Assembly: GCA_963666215.2 (NCBI GenBank)
Contig: CAXWPL010000001.1
Coordinates: 128,001-192,000 of the forward strand
DNA length: 64,000 bases
Direction of reading: 5' to 3'
Origin: Acidobacteriota bacterium
Lineage (GTDB): Bacteria > Acidobacteriota > UBA890 > WLXD01
Positions 1 through 10,818 of this stretch are shown one piece after another (the first letter of the stretch is position 1; each line of letters starts with the position of its first letter). A program made the translations under genes and the position numbers. The notes beneath the pieces were generated by a model that saw only the letters and a program-made list of their open reading frames with translations, was not told the DNA's origin and did no database searches.

Positions 1-252
1 CTTGCGATAGTTGTCGGGGAGATCCTTGGGATCGTGCTTGGGAAAATCTTCGAGGTTGAGCTCCTGCGACGCGGCCCCGACCGTGGTCGCGGCCAAGAGC
101 TCGCCACCCAGTCGAAACTCCGTCGGCCCCGGCGACGCGATAGCGACGACCAGCAAGCCAAAAAGGGCGAGGACGCCGAGCGCTGGCACAGTGCGTCGCC
201 CGCAGCGCGCCTGCACGGGCCGCGAGGTATTAGATGACCTGAGGGCGAACAT
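1..252 (-). CDS. Partial gene (5' end), exported or membrane-anchored hypothetical protein running off the window
   Basis: ATG at 252 preceded by an AGGAAGG RBS. The frame stays open to base 1: MFALRSSNTSRPVQARCGRRTVPALGVLALFGLLVVAIASPGPTEF..., a basic N-region followed by a hydrophobic stretch. Not in the ORF track because it has no stop. Confidence 0.6.
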   Translation of the reverse strand, partial: MFALRSSNTSRPVQARCGRRTVPALGVLALFGLLVVAIASPGPTEFRLGGELLAATTVGAASQELNLEDFPKHDPKDLPDNYRK

Positions 253-412
253 GACCACTACCTTCCTGTCGCTCGGGGAGTCTCGACGGCCGTCCGTCGA
301 CGCAAGCAGCGGGACCGAACGAACGCCGGCCCGGGCGCGCTTTGGTCGCCGTGTTGGGGTCGCGACGCCTGCGGCCCGGAGCTGCGATTGCCGCTGACGA
401 ATCAGCTGGCAA

Positions 413-1588
413 TTATACGCCGCGGCCGTCGACCAAGGCCTCGACCCGCCGCGCGTTGTGATCCCACGTACGTTCTTCTAGGACGCGAGCCCGACCCCTT
501 TGGCCGACTCGCTGGCGCAACGATTCGTCGTTCACGAGCCGCCGCACGGCGTCGGTGAGCGCCTCCTCGTCGTCGGGCGGGAAGGTCAGCGCGTCAACGT
601 CAGGCTCGACAACGTCGAGGATGTTCGCCGAGTGCGGCGCCACAACCGCGGTGCCGGCCGCAAGATACTCGAGCAGCTTGAGCGGGCAGGCGTAGAACGT
701 CGTCTTGGGGCTGACGGTGATATCCATCGCACCCAGGTACGGTGGGATCTCGGCATGGTCGACACGACCCGTGAACACAACCCGCGCCGGTCCGCACATC
801 TCGGCAGCAGCCGCGCGGAGCTCCGGCAAAGCGGGACCGTCTCCGACCACCAACAGCACGACCGGCGGCCGGGCACCGTCTCGCTCGCGGGCGATCTTGT
901 CAACTGCTCGCAACAGGCCGTCGACCCCGTGCCAGGCGCGGATGAAGCCGACGAAGCCGACAACGACCGCGTCGGGCTCGATACCCCATTGCGCCCGGAT
1001 AGCCTCACCGGCAGGGGGCTCGGCGTACAGCTCAGTGTGAATTGCGTTCGGAATGACCTCCACCGGAGTCTCCACGCCCTGCTCCAGTAGGTAATCGCGC
1101 AGCGGACTCGACACCACCAGCAGACGGTCCGCCGCGTCGAAGCAGGCGCGTTCCCACGCCTTGGCCAGGCGTTCGAAGTGCAGCCCGCGGAGCTCGTCGC
1201 CGGATCGCTCCAGCGCCAGCGGCGCGTTCACCTCGAGCAGCAAAGGCACTCCCACCGCTCGAGCCGCTGCCACAGAAGAGCGCGTGTACACGGCATGTCG
1301 CGCGTAGACAACGTCGGGTCGCGTGGCGAGAGCTCGCCGCCGCCCGCGCATTGCATCGAGATGGCCGTACACAACCTCGCCGAGCTCGACAAGCGCCCCC
1401 GGCGCCATCGACAGCAGCGAGCTCAGCCGCGTGCGGCCGCTCACGGCGCCGGGGTCGACGATCGAATCGCCCCCTGGAGCGTGGACGTCGACAGCGTGAC
1501 CGCGCGCGCGGAACGCGTCGATCATCGCCCGGATGTGCACTCCTTCCCCGCCGTCGCCAAGCGATCGGTGCATATAGAGGATGCGCAT
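413..1588 (-). CDS. Glycosyltransferase family 4 (GT-B)
   Basis: MRILYMH..GGEGVHI N-terminus; VIPNAI, GFVGFIRAWHGVD, VVGDGP, FTGRV and PLKLLEYLAAG motifs. Confidence 0.92.
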   Translation of the reverse strand: MRILYMHRSLGDGGEGVHIRAMIDAFRARGHAVDVHAPGGDSIVDPGAVSGRTRLSSLLSMAPGALVELGEVVYGHLDAMRGRRRALATRPDVVYARHAVYTRSSVAAARAVGVPLLLEVNAPLALERSGDELRGLHFERLAKAWERACFDAADRLLVVSSPLRDYLLEQGVETPVEVIPNAIHTELYAEPPAGEAIRAQWGIEPDAVVVGFVGFIRAWHGVDGLLRAVDKIARERDGARPPVVLLVVGDGPALPELRAAAAEMCGPARVVFTGRVDHAEIPPYLGAMDITVSPKTTFYACPLKLLEYLAAGTAVVAPHSANILDVVEPDVDALTFPPDDEEALTDAVRRLVNDESLRQRVGQRGRARVLEERTWDHNARRVEALVDGRGV

Positions 1589-1615
1589 CAGCTTTGTCCC
1601 TCGTGCCCCAGCAGG

Positions 1616-2617
1616 CTAGATCCAACCGCGGCGCGCGCGCCAGTTCCAGAACGCATGGCGCAACGGATATGAACGGCTAAGAGAACGGCGCACCGCCCAT
1701 TCGCCACCCGGCACGGCCGGCAGGCGCGGCAGGCACATCGGGTCCTCGAAGCTCGCCCCGGCGAGCAGCGCAAACGACGCTTCGTACGTCTGTGCAGCGG
1801 CGTCGCGTACGCGCGCGTCGTGACGGCCATCGGGATAACTGAGCACGCGCGGACGCACACCCGTGTTCTTCTCGATTGCGGCGCTCGAGTCGTCCATCTC
1901 GCGCGCCAGCGTGTTGTCGTCGAGACGCGTCATGTCGTGGTGCGACAGTCCGTGGGAGCCGAGCTCCAGATAGCCATCGCAGCCCAGGGCAGCCGCCTCT
2001 TGCCAGTTCAGAAAACGGTGCGTGTCGGGCGCCCGGCCGTCGGGCAGCTCGCCCCCGAGCGCGGCCGCGAGCTCTTGGAGCATCGGCACGCGCTCCTCGG
2101 TTGGCGCCGCCAAATAAAGGTCTTTGAAGCGATCGCGGAGAATTTTACGCTCAGCAAGGTGGGTCAGGAGGAACAACTGGTCCCGCCAGTCGACCTCATC
2201 GAGGCCCGAGCGCTCAATGAGCCAGTCCAGCGTCAAGTACCAGGGCCAACGATGCGCGCCGATGTAGTCGACCGCCAGGAACAGCACGCTAGGGACGCGA
2301 TGACGCCGCAAGATCTCGGCCGCCAGCTCGCTCAGCTTGTAGCCGTCGTCGAGCGTGACCAGCACCGCGTCGCGCGGCGAGGAGATCTTGCCGGCAACAA
2401 CCTGCAGGTACTCATCGAGGCTCAGCGGTCGACAGTGTGTAGCCAGGTAGCGGATCTGGTCCTCGAACTCAGCGGCCGTAGGCTGGGCGTAGAAGAAGAG
2501 CGCGTTGTCGGGCCGGCTCGGGAGCACCGTGTGAAAGGTCAGCACCTTGGGCTGTCGCTTGCCGGACATCGTCGCGCTCACGCCTCGAGGTTGGGCACGC
2601 ACGACAGTAGCGGACAT
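1616..2617 (-). CDS. Polysaccharide deacetylase (NodB/CE4 family)
   Basis: VTLDDGY, GSHGLSHH and SYPDG catalytic/metal motifs. Start uncertain (ATG 2617 or 2569). Confidence 0.88.
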   Translation of the reverse strand: MSATVVRAQPRGVSATMSGKRQPKVLTFHTVLPSRPDNALFFYAQPTAAEFEDQIRYLATHCRPLSLDEYLQVVAGKISSPRDAVLVTLDDGYKLSELAAEILRRHRVPSVLFLAVDYIGAHRWPWYLTLDWLIERSGLDEVDWRDQLFLLTHLAERKILRDRFKDLYLAAPTEERVPMLQELAAALGGELPDGRAPDTHRFLNWQEAAALGCDGYLELGSHGLSHHDMTRLDDNTLAREMDDSSAAIEKNTGVRPRVLSYPDGRHDARVRDAAAQTYEASFALLAGASFEDPMCLPRLPAVPGGEWAVRRSLSRSYPLRHAFWNWRARRGWI

Positions 2618-2817
2618 GGGGCCGAGTCGCGCGCGCGCCGAAAGGTATACCCGCTGGCGCAACAGAAGCGCACCCCCTTTCTGCCAGCCGAACACCAGAA
2701 CAGGATCTGGCTCGGCTCCGAGGCCGTCTCACGGACGGCGCTTCCCGCCAGCTCATCGACGAAGCACAGAGCGCGAGGGAAACAGGGCGGTATGACCACC
2801 GCTTCGCGGTGCGCGAG

Positions 2818-4713
2818 ATGAACTGGCAGCTCGACGTGCTGCGCGGGCGGAGTGTGCTGCAAGCCGTGAAGAGCCCCGAGCTGGTCGCCGCATGGAGCGA
2901 GGCCGCTGCCGCCGACCCGAAATCGACATGGTTTCAGGAGCCGACATTCGTCCGCGCCTGGTTCGCCGCCTACCATCGCAGCTTCGAGCCCATCCTCGCG
3001 CTCGCCCGGCGCAACGCCGACAACCGCGTTGTCGGGCTGCTGGCCGCTGGGCTGTCGAGCGGCGGCGACAGGCTGGTGCACGCTGGCGCCAACCACGCCT
3101 GGTATCACGGCTGGATCGCGGCGCCTGAGGTCGAGGGGGACTTCCCGGCGGCAGCGACGACCGAGATCCTGCGCACCACCGGCGTTCGCACCTGGCGTTG
3201 GAACTACCTTCCCCCGCGAGCTCCCGCCGACTGGGCCGAGGGCGCCGCCGGAGGTGCGATCATCGGGGAAGAACGCTCGCCGATCTGGGAGCTGAACACA
3301 CAAGACGCGATCGACCGCCATCTGCAAAGCCGCAGCCTGCGCAACTACATCAACCGTTATCGTCGCCGCGGCGAGCTGGCGCTCCGACGCGCGGCGACGA
3401 CAACCGAGGCCCATCGCTGGCTCGACCTGCTCGCCCCTTGGTGCGACCTACGGCACGGGGCCGTCCACGCCGACCTACCGTTCCGCGACGATCCCTACAA
3501 GCTGCCTTTCCACCAAGAACTGATCGCGCGTGGCGCGGCGGGCATGCAAAGCGATCCTTCGGTGCTGACCTCGGCGTTATTGCTCGACCACCGCGTGCTC
3601 GCGGTACATCTCGGAGCCTTCGACGGGACCCGCCTCTACCTCGGCTTGCACGGATACGACCCGACCGAGGGAAAACAATCTCCGGGTACCATCCTGCTGA
3701 TCGAACTGGCACAGCAGGTTGCCGCGCTGGGCGGCACAGAGATCGATATGACGCCCGGCGGTGAACCGTGGAAGGAGCGCTGGGCGACCCGAAGCGAGCC
3801 GGTCGCGCGCGTGGAACTGCACGCAACGGCTGCGCGCAGGGCGGTTGCACGTGCTCACCGCGGTCTACGGGAACAGGCCAAGCACGTCTTGAGCAGCGTT
3901 GGAGTCGCGCCGAAGCGCAGGATCGCTGCGGGCGGTCTAGAAGAGCCAGATTCGAAGTCGCGGCCTCGATCCCCCGAGCGGCACGCATTGTTCGAGATCG
4001 AGATCGAGAACACGATCGCGCAGCAGCCGAGTCCGGAGCCGCTGCCGACGGCCATCCTGGAGGGTGAGCGGGCTCGCGAACACCACGCCACGCGACAACC
4101 GGAAACGGTCGCGAACAACCCGAGTGACGAGAATGCCCCGAGGGCAGACTGGCTGTCATCGCTCATCGACTTCGCGACAACTCGACCACGCGGCGAGATG
4201 TCGAGCCTTCTCGGAAACGCGCTCACCCGCCTCGACAAGGGTTGGCTGCCGCTCTGCTCAACGAACAGGTCAGGCTTGCTGGCGACCATGGCCTGGCTAC
4301 AGCCGGCGGAGATGAGCGCTCAGCTCAACCCCGATGTCGGCCTTGCGGAAGCGGCCCCGAGCATCGCAGATCCGAGTTCGATTCGTCTGACCCGCGGCCC
4401 GATCGCAAAGAAGAAGGCGTTTGCGGGCGGCGCAGCGCCCTGGATTGAAGTGCCGAGCGAGGTGGCGATGTTGTTGATCGCCCGGCAGTCAGGATCGGCC
4501 GCTGAGGGGAGTCGGACAGATCGGGAAGACCAGGAAGATCAGGTAAGGGACCCCGACCCGGCACGGCTGCTGCTCGCGGCGGCGGAACGCTCGGGCCGCT
4601 CACGACTCTGGATCGTGGCCGACCGCGACACGCGTCTCGGAGAATGGCTCGACAACCACGGCGCCCGGATCGACCTCGCCGAGCTCGTGAATCACCACGT
4701 GGAGGCTGCGTGA
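2818..4713 (+). CDS. CelD/BcsL-type GNAT (Acetyltransf_6) protein with long C-terminal extension, paralog 1
   Basis: STWFQEPTFVRAW, YHGWIA, GYDP..SPGTILL, IDMTPGGEPWKERWAT are typical of the family. Confidence 0.82.
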   Translation: MNWQLDVLRGRSVLQAVKSPELVAAWSEAAAADPKSTWFQEPTFVRAWFAAYHRSFEPILALARRNADNRVVGLLAAGLSSGGDRLVHAGANHAWYHGWIAAPEVEGDFPAAATTEILRTTGVRTWRWNYLPPRAPADWAEGAAGGAIIGEERSPIWELNTQDAIDRHLQSRSLRNYINRYRRRGELALRRAATTTEAHRWLDLLAPWCDLRHGAVHADLPFRDDPYKLPFHQELIARGAAGMQSDPSVLTSALLLDHRVLAVHLGAFDGTRLYLGLHGYDPTEGKQSPGTILLIELAQQVAALGGTEIDMTPGGEPWKERWATRSEPVARVELHATAARRAVARAHRGLREQAKHVLSSVGVAPKRRIAAGGLEEPDSKSRPRSPERHALFEIEIENTIAQQPSPEPLPTAILEGERAREHHATRQPETVANNPSDENAPRADWLSSLIDFATTRPRGEMSSLLGNALTRLDKGWLPLCSTNRSGLLATMAWLQPAEMSAQLNPDVGLAEAAPSIADPSSIRLTRGPIAKKKAFAGGAAPWIEVPSEVAMLLIARQSGSAAEGSRTDREDQEDQVRDPDPARLLLAAAERSGRSRLWIVADRDTRLGEWLDNHGARIDLAELVNHHVEAA

Positions 4714-6656
4714 GCCCGCCCGCTACGAACTGGGAGCTCGAGAGGCTGGAAGGCGACGGCGCCCGTCGGCTGCTGTCACACGCCCGGCACCTCGAAGCCT
4801 GGCAAAGACTGGCTGAGCGTGATTCCAAGTCCACCTGGTATCAGGAGCCGACGTTCGTCAACACCTGGTACGCGGCCTACGCGAAGAGCCACACGCCGCT
4901 GCTGCTGCTAGGGCGCAGGAGGGGATCCCCCAACGATACGGAGGAAAGCAGTCTGCTCGGAGTGTTGCCTCTGGCCATCGGCGCCGACGGCACCATCGTT
5001 CACGCTGGCGCACATCAGTGTGAGTACCACGGGTGGATCGCCGACTCGGCCATCGAAGGCGATTTCCCTCGTCGATGCATCGCCGAGGTGATGCGTCACG
5101 ACCGACCGCAGCGTTGGCGCTGGCGCTACCTGCCGCCCGGCTCGCCAACCGACTGGATCGAGGAGCTCGAGCACCACCCGGAGGCACACGGTGTTGCTGC
5201 CGCGCACTGGGACACGGTCGACGTGCCGCTGCTCGACGTCACCAACACCGACTTCATTGCCGCAAGGAGACGCAAGCGGCTCGGCAGCTACACCCGTAAG
5301 TTGACGGCCGCCGGCCTGCGTTTCAAGCGCGTCGATTGCGTAGATCGCGCAATCCGGGTGGTCGACGAGATGGCCGCCTGGTGTGACCTGCGCCAAGGAG
5401 CGGCGAACGGCGACATGCCCTTCGCCGACGACATCGCCAAGCTGCCTCTGCACCAGGCATTGGCGGCAAACACTTCCCAGGCACACGTATCGGCGTTGTG
5501 GCTCGGCAAGCAGCTACTCGCAGCTCACGTCGGCAGCTACGACGGTCGTGAGCTAACGATGGGCGTACAGGGCTACGACCCCGCCTACGGGCGCTACTCG
5601 CCGGGCAAGATCCTGGTGTTCGCAATGGCTGACGACCTGCGCGAGATCGGCGGACGCGCGATCGACCTGACACCTGGTGGCGATCCCTGGAAGGAAGCGT
5701 TCGCGACCGAACATCGGAGCATCTCGCAGCTCGAGCTCGTACGCAGAAAAACAGATGTGCTCCGTGATCGCACGACGGCCGCGCTTGAAGGTGGCGCGCG
5801 GCGAGTCCTCGCGAGAGCGGGAGCCGACACCGCCACGCTGCGCGGACGCACCATCGAGGTACGGCGACGCCTGACAGTGCTTGCAGGAGGTGGCGAGTCG
5901 GGAGCCGATGCCGGCGGCGTGGCTCATCTCATCGAGCTTCCGCTCGCCGCGATCGGAAGCAGGACCAGCTCCCCCGCACATGACACCGACGACGGCGCGC
6001 TCGACGCCGTGCTTCGACATGCCGCTGACATGCCGAAGGAGCGGCGCCCGAGGTTCCTCGCCGAGGTCCAGCGTCGACTGAGCGCCGGCTGGCAGCCGCT
6101 GGTCGCGAAGCAAGCGCCGAACCACCTTCACACCGATGATCTCGAGGGCGAGGACGACACGACCAGACGGAATCCAGCGTGCGTCGACCAGGGCAGCCTC
6201 GGCAACAGCGGTCTGCAACGCCTGGCCTGGCAGCCGCCGCTCAACACACGAATCGATATCGCCCACCTCGACAGCCCGATTGTGGTGCGAGGCCAGGCCT
6301 CCGCGTCCGCGATGCTGGTCCCCGAGGACGTGCTTTTCATCGAGCTCGCGTACGTGTCGGACGAACTTGCCACAGGGCTGACCGAGCTCGCTGGCGGGTC
6401 GATCAAGCTCGATGAGCAGGTCGACGCTCTGGCCGCGGTTGGCGGAGAAGGCAGACGCGCCGCACATCTCACGTTTGACGACTGGCTCGTCGAGCTCGTC
6501 GAGCAGTCGCGGCGGCTGCCCCCAACGCCGGCAACCAGGCTCTGGCTCGCCGTCCGTAGTTCGGCCACCGAGGCCGTCAGCTCGCTGCGCGCTCGCGGCC
6601 GCGCCGTAGACTGGCCCGCGGAGGCCAAGGCCGAGCGAGCTCGAGCCGCCAGCTGA
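4710..6656 (+). CDS. CelD/BcsL-type GNAT protein, paralog 2
   Basis: GTG 4710 overlaps the upstream stop (GTGA). STWYQEPTFV, YHGWIA, GYDPAYGRYSPGKIL, IDLTPGGDPWKEAFAT. Confidence 0.82.
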   Translation: MSPPATNWELERLEGDGARRLLSHARHLEAWQRLAERDSKSTWYQEPTFVNTWYAAYAKSHTPLLLLGRRRGSPNDTEESSLLGVLPLAIGADGTIVHAGAHQCEYHGWIADSAIEGDFPRRCIAEVMRHDRPQRWRWRYLPPGSPTDWIEELEHHPEAHGVAAAHWDTVDVPLLDVTNTDFIAARRRKRLGSYTRKLTAAGLRFKRVDCVDRAIRVVDEMAAWCDLRQGAANGDMPFADDIAKLPLHQALAANTSQAHVSALWLGKQLLAAHVGSYDGRELTMGVQGYDPAYGRYSPGKILVFAMADDLREIGGRAIDLTPGGDPWKEAFATEHRSISQLELVRRKTDVLRDRTTAALEGGARRVLARAGADTATLRGRTIEVRRRLTVLAGGGESGADAGGVAHLIELPLAAIGSRTSSPAHDTDDGALDAVLRHAADMPKERRPRFLAEVQRRLSAGWQPLVAKQAPNHLHTDDLEGEDDTTRRNPACVDQGSLGNSGLQRLAWQPPLNTRIDIAHLDSPIVVRGQASASAMLVPEDVLFIELAYVSDELATGLTELAGGSIKLDEQVDALAAVGGEGRRAAHLTFDDWLVELVEQSRRLPPTPATRLWLAVRSSATEAVSSLRARGRAVDWPAEAKAERARAAS

Positions 6657-6703
6657 CCGTCAGCGGCGCGCCGCCATGACCGGGGTACGTGAGTCACCGT
6701 GAG

Positions 6704-8407
6704 TCATCGCGTCATCGGATCCCGATACTCGCCGAACGTCCGCCGCAGCCGGTGCGCCACCTCCCCGAGTGTCGCCTGCACTCGCACCGCGTCGAGAATG
6801 ACTTCAACAAGGTTCGTATCGCCCGCGGCGGCTCTGTCGAGGCGATCCAGCCCGCGCTCAACTGCATCGGTGTCGCGATCGCGCCGCAGCCGCTCGAGCT
6901 CTTCGGCCTTACGCTCGTCGAGACCCTCGGGGATCTGCTGCAGGGCGATACCTTCGCCCGGGGTGCCATCCTCACTGTTGCCACTCTTCGGCTCTTCGCG
7001 AAAGCGGTTGACCCCCACGATGGTGCGCGCGCCCGACTCCACGTCGAGTTGATGTGCGTAGGCGGCTTCCTCGATTTGCTTCTGCACCCACCCAGCGTCG
7101 ATGGCCTCAACCATGCCGCCGAGCTCATCGATACGCTCGATCAGCTCAACCGCCTCAGCCTCGAGGTCGTTGGTGAGCTGCTCGATGGCGTAGGAACCGC
7201 CGAGGGGGTCGGCGGTATCGCCGGCGCCGTGTTCGAACGCCAGCAACTGCTGCGTGCGCAGCGCAGTCCGGGCCGAGTCTTCGGTGGGCAACGAGAGCGC
7301 CTCCTCCATACCGTTGGTATGCAGCGATTGGGCGCCGCCGAGAACGGCCGCGAGCGCCTGCACCGAGACTCGAACAACGTTGTTGATGGGCTGCTGGGCG
7401 GTTAGCGTGGAGCCCGCCGTTTGAGCATGGAAACGCAGCCGCAGGGAGCGCGGATCGCGCGCTTCGAAACGCTCGCGCATGATGCGCGCCCAGAGGCGGC
7501 GCGCGGCGCGGAACTTGCCAACCTCCTCGAGCAGGTGGTTGTGGGCGTTGAAGAAGAAGGACAGCCGTGGCGCGAAAGTGTCGACGTCGAGGCCGGCGCG
7601 GAGCCCTGCGTCTACATAGGCGATGCCGTTGGCAAGCGTAAAAGCGATCTCCTGCGCCGCGGTCGAGCCCGCTTCGCGGATGTGGTACCCGGATATCGAG
7701 ATGCTGTTCCAATGTGGTGCCCGGCGCGCACAGAAAGCGAACACGTCGGTGACCAGTCGCATCGACGCGGCCGGTGGATAGATGTACGTACCGCGGGCGA
7801 TGTACTCCTTGAGAATGTCGTTCTGCACGGTTCCGCGCAGAGAATCGAACGACAGCCCACGACGTTGCGCCACCGCGCAGTACAGCGCCAGCAGAGTTGC
7901 GGCGGTAGCGTTGATGGTCATGGAGGTCGTGACCTGCGACAGGTCGATGTCGCGCAACAACACCTCGATGTCGGCCACCGAGTCGATCGCCACCCCCACA
8001 CGGCCCACCTCGCCGCGAGCCATTTCGTCGTCGGAGTCGTAGCCGATCTGCGTGGGCAAGTCGAACGCGACCGACAGACCCGTTTGACCGTGGTCCAGCA
8101 AGTAATGGAAGCGCTGATTGGTCTCCTCGGCGGTGGCGAAACCGGCGTACTGCCGCATTGTCCAGAGCCGTCCGCGATACATGGAGCCGTAGGCGCCGCG
8201 GGTAAAGGGATGCTCGCCCGGGCTGCCGATCGACTCCTCCGAGTCGGACGGCCGATCGCTGGCCGAGTAGAGCGGCGCCAACCGGCGCTCTCCGGAGGCG
8301 CGTCCGGGTGCCACACGGAGGCTCTCCGAGGGCGCCTGCTCAGCCTCGCCTGATTCCCCCGCGGCGCCGCCGCCACCCGTCGCGCTCGACGTTTCAGCCC
8401 TGCTCAT
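6704..8407 (-). CDS. mcmA: Methylmalonyl-CoA mutase, substrate-binding large subunit (no B12-binding domain)
   Basis: [58 protein letters not shown] 8407 chosen because the upstream ORF extension is not homolog-like. Confidence 0.92.
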   Translation of the reverse strand: MSRAETSSATGGGGAAGESGEAEQAPSESLRVAPGRASGERRLAPLYSASDRPSDSEESIGSPGEHPFTRGAYGSMYRGRLWTMRQYAGFATAEETNQRFHYLLDHGQTGLSVAFDLPTQIGYDSDDEMARGEVGRVGVAIDSVADIEVLLRDIDLSQVTTSMTINATAATLLALYCAVAQRRGLSFDSLRGTVQNDILKEYIARGTYIYPPAASMRLVTDVFAFCARRAPHWNSISISGYHIREAGSTAAQEIAFTLANGIAYVDAGLRAGLDVDTFAPRLSFFFNAHNHLLEEVGKFRAARRLWARIMRERFEARDPRSLRLRFHAQTAGSTLTAQQPINNVVRVSVQALAAVLGGAQSLHTNGMEEALSLPTEDSARTALRTQQLLAFEHGAGDTADPLGGSYAIEQLTNDLEAEAVELIERIDELGGMVEAIDAGWVQKQIEEAAYAHQLDVESGARTIVGVNRFREEPKSGNSEDGTPGEGIALQQIPEGLDERKAEELERLRRDRDTDAVERGLDRLDRAAAGDTNLVEVILDAVRVQATLGEVAHRLRRTFGEYRDPMTR

Positions 8408-8695
8408 GGCGGCCGAGATTACCACGCTGCCGCGCCGCTGCTCGGAGTCCGCGGATGACCGCTGTTGGCCACAGGGAGACGCGAGGCAGCGTCTGAGAGA
8501 ACGGCCATTTTCGGGTTGCTCAACGCATTCCGCGACCCGTACGCTCGATTCGGGGAGACCCCCCTCTGCCTCCGGCCGCGCACTGACGCGCATCGCAGCA
8601 TCGCCAGTCTGACCCAAGAGAGCCCGCCTGACCTCGGAGCGGCGGGCGAGTTTTGAGAGAGCTCGGGCCCCGACCCGAGCCCTCGGGGACCGAAC

Positions 8696-10726
8696 GTGGG
8701 CAACTTCTTGGTCGTCCTTGGCGATTGCAACCCGGGCCAGAGCGACCGCGAGCGGCCGCAAGCGCAGGCGCACTTCGAGGCTGGGCTGCACGTCGCGGCC
8801 GAATGGCTCGATCAGCGTCCGCGAAGCGCGCATGTGGCCGACGACGTATGCGTCGCTACGTTCGCACGGCACAACGGCAGCGGTGGTCGGCTCGCGGTCG
8901 ATCCGGATCCGCGCAGCGGCGGCTGGCTACTGATGGCGGGCTCCTGGGTGCACCGCGACGGCTTCGGCGAGGGAGACGAGCACAGGCTGCTCGAGCATCT
9001 GCAATCGCTAGGTCGCGCCGACCCGCCAGACGCGCCCGATCCGACAAGCAGCACGCGCGAGATCGCGCCTGAGGTCCACCACGGGGTACGTGAGCTGGCG
9101 CGCGGCTTCGACGGACAGTTCGTGCTTCTCGCGGGCGGCGTCTGCGGTACGCGCCTGCTGATCGTCACCGATCTTTTCGGCAGCTATCGCTGCCACCAAC
9201 GGCACGACCTGCCTGGTGTGTTTGCCACCTCCGGCTCATCGTTTCTCCTGGCCTCGCTGGCCGCCACTGATATCGATCCGGTGGGCACGCAGGAACTGCT
9301 GTACAGCGGAGCAATCAACGAGACCCGCACGCTCCACCGACAGGTTTCAAAGCTCGACGGCGCTCACATCACCACCTTCGGGCGCCGCCTGCGGCCGCGT
9401 AGCCAACGCTACTGGAGCTATGGCGAGCTGCAGCCGGAAACGATGGGGCGCGGCGAGTCTGTCGAACGTTTCGCGGCAGCCCTCCGAGGCGCGTCGAAGT
9501 CGATCGTCACGAACTTCCCACGACCAGTCTGCGACCTCACGGGTGGATACGACTCGCGCGCCGTCTTGGCCGGCCTCCGCAGCGCGAACGCGCAGCCCGC
9601 CACCACAGTCTGTGGCGCCGACTCCGACATCGACGTCGCGCTGTCACGCAGGATCGCCGAACAGCTCTCGCTGCCGCACCGGTGTATCGCACGCGCCGAC
9701 TCCACACGCCTGAGCGATCTGAGCGCGGCTCTCCCGTACACCGACGGTGAGTACGACAGTCTGGAGTATGCCAGCATTCTGCGCGTACACCACGAGCTCG
9801 CCCAGACCCACGACGCCAGCATCAACGGCTCTTTTGGCGAGGTCGCGCGAGGCTATCGCTTCGATCTCCTGGCGCCGCGTCTCGGCGCCAGGCAGCCTCT
9901 CGACGCTCGTCGAGTGGCGCGACGCCAGTTCGCGGCGACACCGCACACGGCGGAGCTGTTCGCTGCCGGGGAGCGGCTCGATCTCGCGGAACACACAGCC
10001 GAAATCGTGGAACGATGTGTCGGCGACTACGGTGGCGCACCCAATACTTTCCAGCTTCACATCGCCTACCTCGAAATCCGCATGCGAGGCTGGCAAGGCC
10101 GCATCGCATCGAGCACCAACCGCGTCTGGCCGCTGTTTTCTCCGCTGATGTTCCGACCCGTAATCGAGGCCGCTCTCGAGACCCGCAGCGTCGATCGACG
10201 ACGCAGCTTGCTGGTGCGTCGAATGCTGGCGGATTTCCATCCACTGCTGGCGGCGTTGCCGGTGACCGAGGGTTATCCCGCAGCCCCGATGACGCGACGC
10301 AACGCGCATCGGTTCTGGCCGCTCCTGAACGTCGCCGCAGGAGCATTGGGACGTCGCTTGCCCTTCGGAGGAGCCCTTGTGCGACGTCTCGCCGATCGTG
10401 GCGCAAACGCCGCCGGCCTCGCCGCGGCGGCACAGCGGGCTGCGCAGAGGCGACAAGGTCTGATGACGGAGCGCGACTCGAGCCCGATGACCCAGCTGGT
10501 AGCAGATCCGACCTCGGCGCTGAGCTCGATGCTGGACGCCGAAGGCTACGCCGCCTTCATGCAAGCCGCCGCGCGGCCCGAGTTCGGCTACGACGCGCAG
10601 TGGCGCAGGCTTGTCACAATTGAGCACACCTTCGCCGAGCTCGCCGTGGCAACAGCGGTCGCGCGCCGGGTTTACGAGGCCAAGGTCGGTTCGCCGATCG
10701 AAACAACGGTGCGCCACATCGCCTAG
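8696..10726 (+). CDS. Asparagine synthetase B-like ATP-dependent amide ligase lacking catalytic Cys1
   Basis: FDGQF, TDLFG, RYW, PP-loop [22 protein letters not shown] motifs. Confidence 0.75.
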   Translation: MGNFLVVLGDCNPGQSDRERPQAQAHFEAGLHVAAEWLDQRPRSAHVADDVCVATFARHNGSGGRLAVDPDPRSGGWLLMAGSWVHRDGFGEGDEHRLLEHLQSLGRADPPDAPDPTSSTREIAPEVHHGVRELARGFDGQFVLLAGGVCGTRLLIVTDLFGSYRCHQRHDLPGVFATSGSSFLLASLAATDIDPVGTQELLYSGAINETRTLHRQVSKLDGAHITTFGRRLRPRSQRYWSYGELQPETMGRGESVERFAAALRGASKSIVTNFPRPVCDLTGGYDSRAVLAGLRSANAQPATTVCGADSDIDVALSRRIAEQLSLPHRCIARADSTRLSDLSAALPYTDGEYDSLEYASILRVHHELAQTHDASINGSFGEVARGYRFDLLAPRLGARQPLDARRVARRQFAATPHTAELFAAGERLDLAEHTAEIVERCVGDYGGAPNTFQLHIAYLEIRMRGWQGRIASSTNRVWPLFSPLMFRPVIEAALETRSVDRRRSLLVRRMLADFHPLLAALPVTEGYPAAPMTRRNAHRFWPLLNVAAGALGRRLPFGGALVRRLADRGANAAGLAAAAQRAAQRRQGLMTERDSSPMTQLVADPTSALSSMLDAEGYAAFMQAAARPEFGYDAQWRRLVTIEHTFAELAVATAVARRVYEAKVGSPIETTVRHIA

Positions 10727-10818
10727 CTGGTGGCTAGCCGCCGCATCTTCCCGCCAAACAGACGGTGTGGGTGCAGCAGCTCAACACCCGTCCGCGCGCG
10801 GCCTGCTAGCCTCCTCGC

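Noticed and set aside
8696-10726. Lasso peptide cyclase cluster
   Set aside because: No adjacent precursor, RRE/PqqD or transglutaminase-like peptidase; the neighbours are glycan genes.
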